A stretch of 64,000 nt of DNA from a virus (Duplodnaviria; Caudoviricetes). Below the pieces are notes generated by a model, which was not told where the DNA came from, searched no databases, and saw nothing but the letters and a program-made list of their open reading frames with translations. Position numbers and translations under genes: made by a program. Of the stretch, positions 58,501 through 64,000 are shown piece after piece; positions within the stretch are counted from its first letter, which is position 1, and every line of letters begins with the position of its first letter. The DNA lies in the IMG/VR virus record IMGVR_UViG_3300025000_000057. One strand, 5' to 3'.

Positions 58501-61292
58501 ATGTTAGGGCTACCAAGGCTCATGTTAATGACATCTACCTTCTGACCATTAGCTCCTCTCCACTTTATCGCATAATCAATTCCTTTAACAACATCTTCAG
58601 TAGGAGCTCCTCCACTATCAAATACCTTAATAGGCAATATCTTAACCGAGGGCCAAGCTACACCGGCCACACCCTCTTTATTATCGCCAATAGCCGCTAT
58701 AGTACCTGTAACGTGGGTACCATGTCCGATCGTATCTTCATCCCACGGAGCGTAACTAACCTCGGTATGTTGAAAGTCTTTATACCTCTTAGCAAAGCTT
58801 TTTCCAGGTAGTATCTTACCCTTAAGATCTGGATGATCTTTATCCACACCACTATCAATAACAGCTACAATACTTTCTTTATGAGAATCTTTCATTACAG
58901 TACCAATGGCAGGCCCGGCCCCGATTTTCTTATAGCCCCATTGTTGGTTGTAATATTCATCATTAGGGGTTTCGTAACTCTTTGGCTCAGTAGCTACTGT
59001 GGTATCATCCTCGCCCTCTATCTTCCGCCATACTTCGGGATGCATTGGTCTTTGTGGTTTTAATAGTTGGCCAATAGTTGCATTAAGTAGTGGGCCTATC
59101 AATGGAAACTCCTCAAGTTCAGGTGTTCCACCGGTTAATAGGTATGGTCTATCTTTATAATGTTTTTCTTCAAAGTGATATGGTTCAGTTACGAAATGAC
59201 GTAAAGGAGCTAATGGGTATCGAGGAGTAGGATAAGGTGCGTTAGCAAAGTATTCACCCTCACTCCCGTACTGAGTATCAGTATATTCATAATGAGATTT
59301 AGTACGTCTTACCCAATTTGGTGAGTAATACATCGTCCGGCTGCCGGTTAGTGGCGTATTTCCCATAAACCACCAACGACCTTTTCTTATCGGAACTTCT
59401 CCTTTTTCCCAGAACTCCTCGGTTTCTTCCTCGGTATCGTCAAGATCGAAGAATCTACCTATCAATGGAAATTCTGCAATCTGCTCGCCACCGGGTAAAA
59501 GGTTCTTAACTTGTTTAGCCATGTCTGTTATACCAAGTACATCTTTAACTTTGGCTATACCCGTACTTACCTCTGAATAACCTTCAGCTATCATATCATC
59601 CGGGCGAATCCCTGTAAGATTCTCAGTTTCATAATTCATATAATCCCAAGCTTCAAGTCCGGCCCATACAGGTACAGCTCTACGCAATACCATGTTAAGA
59701 AATATATCAGCCCCACTTTTCCTATGCTCGGCAGATAAACCTAAACGAAATGTAGCCAAGGCTGCATCTAACCTAGAAAAGAAATAATAAAACGGCACTG
59801 ACAGTGTAGTTGTATCTTCTGGACGATCTCTATGAGCGAAGAATTGCTTTGTAATATCTATAGGATTTTCATAGCGAATGCTACGCATAAAAAGCCAGTT
59901 TGTTTCACTTTCTTCTTGTCCGGCTCTACCCCAGGTGGAACCGAAAGGTCTACCGGAGAAAAGACCACGATTCTCGTACGGAAGCATGTGCTTCCAAAAC
60001 ATATCAGCTGGCTTTGCTATAATATCTGTTAGAGCATTCGTTATATCAAATTCTCGATTATAATCATCTTTTTGCTGGTGACCTATATCAAGTTTCCTAG
60101 TGAACCAGGCCCAATGTTTACGCCATCCACTAGTAGGATATTGGTAATCTTCAGGTTTTGGTAATCCGGCACCGCTAATTCCTTGTAAGAATGTCCGCCC
60201 AGGGCCGACCTTCGCATTTATTAAATAACCTTTGATGGGTGCTTTACTTGCATCTTCTACATCATGAAGCATATCATCAAGCATTAGATAAAGTTTCTTT
60301 GTAGATTCTCTACCGGATAATACAGGTTGTATTTCATCCGGACTCATAAGATGAATCATTGGTCTATCTCTAACATTTAACATATCTCCAACGTGAAACA
60401 TTGCCAGCGGATTAAAGTTTACAAACGGTAACCCGAAATCAGTTTCCATAGAATTGAGTACCGACTTTCCTACCTTAGGCCAATAACGCAAATCGTGTAA
60501 TTTACTTGCCTCGTCGATAAAAACCCAAGGGTCTGCCATTTTATTAAATAGATTTTGTTCACCCAGTTCTACTCTGTACTTAGAGATTATGTCACGACTA
60601 TTTAATCGGTTTCTATTGAATAAAGCACCTTTACTATTTTGGTGATTCCAAAGATCGCCTACGGTAGCCCGACGCATACCGTACTTTCTAAGATCTGTTT
60701 CACGCATCTCTTGTGTGTACTCGTTATAACTAGAAAGAAACTGTTTAGTTTTATCCTGAACAATACGTTGTCTTCTAGTATCGACCGTGCGAGCATGCTC
60801 CATTACTCGTTCAGTTTCTCTGAGCCGCCGTTCTATATCAAGATCGTCTGTAATAAGCTTACCACCAGTAACGCCTCTTTGCATTAAATTAGCTCTTTTA
60901 GCAGCAATCTTATTGGATAACTCTGTCATACTTTCTTCCCAGCCGGCCCCGAGTATACCGTGACTACCAAGGAGTTTATCTTTAAGAGTACTATATTGAT
61001 CCCATGGTAATGGCCCTTTAGCCCACTCTTTAACAGAAGATAGTATAGCATCAGCTTCGGTAGGCCTAAACCTTCCCATAGCTTTAATAAAGCTTTTAGA
61101 GATATCGTTAAAAGCACCTCTTCTAAAAGCATGTCTACCTCCAAGGAATAAAGCAGTACCTATACCCGTAGTAGTCAAAAAGGTTCGCAATGGCGAACCT
61201 TTATTCTCGTAGTAATGATCTGGGTTTAGGTATTTATGATGTTCAGGATTTCCGTCTATACTTTCTTTCCAAAAGTTGTCGTTGGACGGCAT
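55506..61292 (-). CDS. Tape-measure-like giant protein (1928 aa) containing an S8 subtilisin-like protease domain and an SNase-like segment
   Basis: ATG 61292 with GAGGAG RBS. Follows the chaperone pair. S8 motifs VAVIDSG, HGTHVTGTIAA, AASGNE, SGTSMATPHV. Gly/hydrophobic segments typical of tape measure proteins (GMIVGGLFGGFMGYLAG). Confidence 0.75.
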   Translation of the reverse strand: MPSNDNFWKESIDGNPEHHKYLNPDHYYENKGSPLRTFLTTTGIGTALFLGGRHAFRRGAFNDISKSFIKAMGRFRPTEADAILSSVKEWAKGPLPWDQYSTLKDKLLGSHGILGAGWEESMTELSNKIAAKRANLMQRGVTGGKLITDDLDIERRLRETERVMEHARTVDTRRQRIVQDKTKQFLSSYNEYTQEMRETDLRKYGMRRATVGDLWNHQNSKGALFNRNRLNSRDIISKYRVELGEQNLFNKMADPWVFIDEASKLHDLRYWPKVGKSVLNSMETDFGLPFVNFNPLAMFHVGDMLNVRDRPMIHLMSPDEIQPVLSGRESTKKLYLMLDDMLHDVEDASKAPIKGYLINAKVGPGRTFLQGISGAGLPKPEDYQYPTSGWRKHWAWFTRKLDIGHQQKDDYNREFDITNALTDIIAKPADMFWKHMLPYENRGLFSGRPFGSTWGRAGQEESETNWLFMRSIRYENPIDITKQFFAHRDRPEDTTTLSVPFYYFFSRLDAALATFRLGLSAEHRKSGADIFLNMVLRRAVPVWAGLEAWDYMNYETENLTGIRPDDMIAEGYSEVSTGIAKVKDVLGITDMAKQVKNLLPGGEQIAEFPLIGRFFDLDDTEEETEEFWEKGEVPIRKGRWWFMGNTPLTGSRTMYYSPNWVRRTKSHYEYTDTQYGSEGEYFANAPYPTPRYPLAPLRHFVTEPYHFEEKHYKDRPYLLTGGTPELEEFPLIGPLLNATIGQLLKPQRPMHPEVWRKIEGEDDTTVATEPKSYETPNDEYYNQQWGYKKIGAGPAIGTVMKDSHKESIVAVIDSGVDKDHPDLKGKILPGKSFAKRYKDFQHTEVSYAPWDEDTIGHGTHVTGTIAAIGDNKEGVAGVAWPSVKILPIKVFDSGGAPTEDVVKGIDYAIKWRGANGQKVDVINMSLGSPNINPGYSDAIKRAYNSGIVVVAASGNEYQTEHVGSPAIYPEAIAVGAVGPNMKKADFSNSGAGLDVVAPGVDIASTLPEDSQMGSMYGVSSGTSMATPHVAATAALLKTQRPDLTPAEIKFLIQSTAVDLEEDGWDKETGHGLVNAYTATSILSGMSDEERELIRKGGSLESEQINKERIALINAIRESGITKAAFETVGKSLVDKYNREIKNPVDTDMAILQTWENVKEFGGFYGFSTELLYDTGKGIEPQIATARAMSSYRREFWDTELGGIPGDINEIARRFIGHREKWENRYNPVPNTMPDWLPGEEYFTDFKTGDPYVKIRRGEMRLPGEAYESLHPDTAAEVEKALEDPEIRRKLEAGEIHRGELYGPISRFRILADVAPWSTQYDEASKFVTEMKKTKEQEQEVKEIRKQVKDRNDPIRLYPYRFKDKETKSETVTVTKVLDDWEDSHDYFFYTKEYPDNPIKLAGLRVPMSKEKAGARQFLNKYIKPGEQVTIEYTADDVTKINDDTYKTISAVVYTGNENLNRQLLEQDLANEKDNDFTPAGIVARFTPSERAMGQAWEKFAHLDTPFHTKLLQVRSPIESYKRRDLYGKDWQMWQDPWEDYVVPTYQSIMSKGMIVGGLFGGFMGYLAGRKRFGKIIATGLGAVLGGTGGAYFTGHEFVTGETWVPERRKKEWETHEYYDMLKYLKNVSLYNKYAQEALDTEKFDVKKYLQEKDEQKKIDSKRTNELESAKRDIKGTTDNVDVNEWITKLNLTGNPRDERELIKLINQELTKLKAPKKEEKLTPLAQKALDYYNESKSTMYGHKPQDPLKDLLRAIPKKERQYLEGFINATPDEREELRDIMSPYMKRIVQEAWGEKASEKQSLLEYFKAHFLPDPEWGGWREDVNLNNVKVKYIKAESMDPSEFDIWPDDEIAANEPNVPPAPKINIHETANTIKSKLQSILGGAGIDAEIQIEPNDTGQLSVEVETQRDIRQDIANCMNNYSSLVLG
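61179..61202 (-). terminator. Intrinsic terminator-like hairpin inside the 5' end of the tape-measure-like CDS
   Basis: AAAGGUUCGC-CAUU-GCGAACCUUU then UUGAC (a run of 5 U overlapping the stem base), 41 nt after the stop of the 242-aa gene. Confidence 0.55.
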
Positions 61293-61971
61293 TGAATAAC
61301 TCCTCATTTTCCGTAGGATTTTCCCACTCTATACCGTTTATAAAATCCCTTTGACCAACAATGAATGGGAATTTTAAATAGTTCTTATCCCAACGTGATT
61401 TATCTATCGTTAGCATCGGATCTATACCCGCTGCTCTCATTTTCTCAGTCATTTCTTTCTTAGATGATTTCTCTTCGTCATTAAATGTAACGCTAAGACT
61501 ATACCCGGGTATAGAGTATACCTTATTGATAAGATTTAGTTTATACTCAGCTTCAGCTACCTTTTTCCATAGCTTTGCGGCATCCCAGTCGCTCATTTCT
61601 TCTATACTAATCTCTGGGAAAGCTGTACTTATCATAAGTTCGGCTTGATGTACTTTATTATCTTCTATCTCTTGTCGATAGAATTCATAAAGGTACCGAC
61701 TTTGATTAGGATCTCTATATCCAGACTCATCGTATATTAAAGGAAAGAGTGCTTTAGCCACACCAGCTTTATACACACTCCAATTTACTACCGGGTAAAG
61801 TACGCAAGTAGAACAGACTACATCTTCCATATCCATTTCGGATAACCCTAATCCAGCTATAAACTTATTTTCTTTTCTTGTTAGAAGTCTCCAGATGTAA
61901 TATTCATTACCGATCTGCGTACAGAATAATGGGTTGTGTATCTTCTTAAGTTCCGCAATAATCCTTTGCAT
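61243..61971 (-). CDS. Tail assembly chaperone-like protein (242 aa)
   Basis: IWRLLTRKE...EDVVCSTCVLYP parallels IWRSISRTE...EEMITELCTLWP in the upstream gene. Lies between the tube-like and tape-measure-like genes. Overlaps the next gene by 50 nt. Confidence 0.6.
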   Translation of the reverse strand: MQRIIAELKKIHNPLFCTQIGNEYYIWRLLTRKENKFIAGLGLSEMDMEDVVCSTCVLYPVVNWSVYKAGVAKALFPLIYDESGYRDPNQSRYLYEFYRQEIEDNKVHQAELMISTAFPEISIEEMSDWDAAKLWKKVAEAEYKLNLINKVYSIPGYSLSVTFNDEEKSSKKEMTEKMRAAGIDPMLTIDKSRWDKNYLKFPFIVGQRDFINGIEWENPTENEELFNAVQRQLLERKYRRKS

Positions 61972-61982
61972 ATTAAGCCCCC

Positions 61983-62489
61983 TTATAGGAGCGTAGTCTT
62001 CGGCTCTACAAAACCCGAGGATTGCATAATAGTTTTAGCCAAGGCTCCTGGTATACCACCTTTAGCACTTGCCTGTACTTCGTAATCGTACACCTCTGGC
62101 CATAAGGTACATAATTCGGTAATCATTTCTTCACGAATTAAGCCTGTAGTATTCGGTGCGCTCGTGATGGCCTTGTACTCTGTACGACTAATACTTCGCC
62201 AGATAAACCTTTCACCACTAGGAAACTCAGATAACCCAACATCAAGTCCGGCTGTTTTAAATATATTAATCCATGCTTCTATCTGAGATTTTAGTGGGCC
62301 TTCTGGCCAGATATGATAATCGTCAATATCGGGAAGGCCATTAGGGAAGTTTCCCTCTTCTTCGTAATTATCATTTGGCTGTAATATCTTTGTATCTACA
62401 TTTTCTCCAGTCTCGTGTTCTGACTCTTGTCTTTGATATCTATTGAGGATATTACTAAGCTTATCGACATTCTCCTGGTTAGAAAACAT
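61983..62489 (-). CDS. Tail assembly chaperone-like protein (168 aa)
   Basis: GGAGGGG RBS. FIWRSISRTEYKAI...GGIPGALAKTIMQSSGF. Synteny with tube-like and tape-measure-like genes. Confidence 0.6.
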   Translation of the reverse strand: MFSNQENVDKLSNILNRYQRQESEHETGENVDTKILQPNDNYEEEGNFPNGLPDIDDYHIWPEGPLKSQIEAWINIFKTAGLDVGLSEFPSGERFIWRSISRTEYKAITSAPNTTGLIREEMITELCTLWPEVYDYEVQASAKGGIPGALAKTIMQSSGFVEPKTTLL

Positions 62490-62514
62490 ATTACCCCTCC
62501 TATATGCTAGTTAG

Positions 62515-64000
62515 TTAATCAAGATCTTGTGCTATGAAAGTATACACTTCTTCAATAGGAGTACCACTAGCATCTAATACTTGACCACATGATTTAATCT
62601 GAATATTTCTAACAGCCTTTACAGTAGTATTAAAATTAGCCATAAATCCAAGTTGAGAATCTCCATATTCGTTATTATCCGTATACTGCTCTTTCTTATT
62701 AATTGCATATTGAGCAAGCGGGCCATATACACTGTATATGTCAAACCCGGTCTGGCGCAATTTACTTGGATACTTTCCTCTATAGAAATACGATTCGCGT
62801 TTGTTATATTCCTCTGCATTTGGACTAAATCTCCGACCCCATATCTCCTGCTCAAATTGAGTCATTCTAGGTTCGGATGCAAGAGCGCTATTACCATCAG
62901 AACTACCAGAATCACTTCCACTACCGGTACCTTCCTCCTCAGATGTACCTTTAGCCATCTCCACACAACCAGTGGCATTATTAAAAGATACTGTCCATCC
63001 AAAGGCTTCTCCAACTTGCCTTGTCCATAACCAGGCACGGTCATTTATAATCTTCCATGCTTTAAATACCTTCCCCGATATGGTTACATTCTGAGTACTC
63101 GAATCGTAAGATATCTGAGAATCGGGAATACCCATCTTATTAGTAAGGGTTCTTGTAGCCGCATAAGCTTTACCATTTTCAATCTGAATTTCCGGAGGAC
63201 AAATAGCAATGCTACCAACAGGCTGTGATTCACTAACACCTGGCCATAATTTAGCTGCAGTTTGGGGGCCTATAATTCCATCTATTTGTATCTTTTCTTG
63301 AGCCTGTATCATATACACAGCGAGTCTTGTAACAGAGCCGAAATCGCCATCGATAGTAAAAGCTCTTGATAATATATCCTTCGTATTATCTCCTACGATC
63401 CCATCAGGTGATAATTTAGCCCTAGTTTGAAAACTAATTACAGCCTCTCTTGTCTTCTGACCGAAATTGCCATCAATTATCCCCGGGTCGCACCAGTAAT
63501 CTTTTAGACGTTGTTGCAATTGTCTTACATAATTCCCAGTAGACCCTACCCTTAAAGTAGGCCACCCGGAAACGCTCATTGCCGATAGTGCAGTAAAAGT
63601 GTACCTATTTTTGATAGCCGTTTGAGCTTTACTTACCCATCCTCCTGTAGTACCATCTGTATCTCCGTATTTAAGACTGGTACTAGGTCTGTCCGTATTT
63701 AGAATCTTAATACCTGCTGGAACTATGGCAGGATCTGTCTCGTCAGAAGTATTTGAATTATCACCGTTATGATATCTATCAAGTAGATCTTCAATACGTT
63801 CTTGACACGAACCGTACCACTGAGGAGCATCCTGATCGCCATGCATGTAGTAAGCAAGTTTAGGGGCAATTGGGTTATCGCCATCTTCAAGCATTCCTAG
63901 GTGACTTAATATGGTAGTAAGATATCCAGCCTCTTTAAAGGCAATCTTAAACTGACCTGCTACTATACGATTACCTCTAGCTATCCAATCCCACGTACGA
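62515..64000 (-). CDS. Tail tube-like protein (5'-truncated by window) with inserted PG_binding_1 domains and a copper-amine-oxidase-N-like domain
   Basis: The frame stays open upstream of track ATG 63894 to the window edge (RTWDWIARGNRIVAGQFKIAFKEAGYL). C-terminus FDIYSVYG...IQIKSCGQVLDASGTPIEEVYTFIAQDL is tube-like. PG-binding motifs LRVGSTGNYVRQLQQRL...IDGNFG...DGIVG. Confidence 0.65.
   Translation of the reverse strand, partial: RTWDWIARGNRIVAGQFKIAFKEAGYLTTILSHLGMLEDGDNPIAPKLAYYMHGDQDAPQWYGSCQERIEDLLDRYHNGDNSNTSDETDPAIVPAGIKILNTDRPSTSLKYGDTDGTTGGWVSKAQTAIKNRYTFTALSAMSVSGWPTLRVGSTGNYVRQLQQRLKDYWCDPGIIDGNFGQKTREAVISFQTRAKLSPDGIVGDNTKDILSRAFTIDGDFGSVTRLAVYMIQAQEKIQIDGIIGPQTAAKLWPGVSESQPVGSIAICPPEIQIENGKAYAATRTLTNKMGIPDSQISYDSSTQNVTISGKVFKAWKIINDRAWLWTRQVGEAFGWTVSFNNATGCVEMAKGTSEEEGTGSGSDSGSSDGNSALASEPRMTQFEQEIWGRRFSPNAEEYNKRESYFYRGKYPSKLRQTGFDIYSVYGPLAQYAINKKEQYTDNNEYGDSQLGFMANFNTTVKAVRNIQIKSCGQVLDASGTPIEEVYTFIAQDLD

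Noticed and set aside
61243-62489. Lambda G/GT-type programmed frameshift between the chaperone genes
   Set aside because: The second gene has its own RBS and ATG after a TAA and looks like a paralog. I saw no slippery heptamer before the stop.
83-63030. Short plus-strand ORFs and short alternative-frame minus ORFs in the track (for example Pro-rich 28615-28863)
   Set aside because: All lie inside long minus-strand genes, show no convincing RBS or motifs, and read as antisense shadows. The Pro runs are simply antisense to Gly codons.
1-64000. Genome-wide UGA reassignment (code 4 or 25)
   Set aside because: ORFs of 2000-3500 codons with many TGG-Trp contain no TGA, and two genes appear to end at TGA. 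Only site-specific recoding fits.
1-64000. tRNA (including tRNA-Sec or a suppressor), rRNA, CRISPR array, integrase or IS element
   Set aside because: Intergenic gaps are all short (about 110 nt or less) and none shows a cloverleaf, repeat-spacer array or recombinase/transposase motif.
1-64000. Impression that CCGG/ACCGGT/GGCC sites are over-represented
   Set aside because: It cannot be quantified by eye. It needs a k-mer observed/expected calculation and may reflect Gly/Thr/Pro codon pairs.

Overview
The whole 64 kb window is one minus-strand virion morphogenesis (tail, baseplate, fibre) operon of a large contractile-tailed phage. It is AT-rich, densely packed and has strong GGAGG/GGGGTG ribosome-binding sites. 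The likely host is a Firmicute, probably Clostridia-like (inferred from PG-binding, 3D, NlpC/P60 and copper-amine-oxidase-N-like domains). In transcription order it encodes: a tail tube-like protein (cut by the window edge), two tail chaperone-like paralogs, two giant tape-measure-like proteins carrying enzyme domains (S8 protease plus SNase-like; DEDDh exonuclease), a 2073-aa hub with four cell-wall-acting domains, a split spike, PAAR, gp25-like and baseplate J-like genes, fibre/adhesin genes, a 3482-aa Ig-repeat protein and further baseplate-like genes. I see no replication genes, integrase, RNA genes or CRISPR. Two observations stand out. (1) Two structural genes, the PAAR spike tip and a glycine-rich fibre protein, each contain a single in-frame UGA followed directly by a stem-loop whose apical loop contains G-U, resembling a bacterial SECIS. 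This suggests programmed UGA recoding, possibly selenocysteine in the virion. (2) At least seven genes carry a palindrome or hairpin starting about 47-67 nt after their start codon, suggesting a position-fixed regulatory signal. All product names come from motif recognition by eye; no database search was run.
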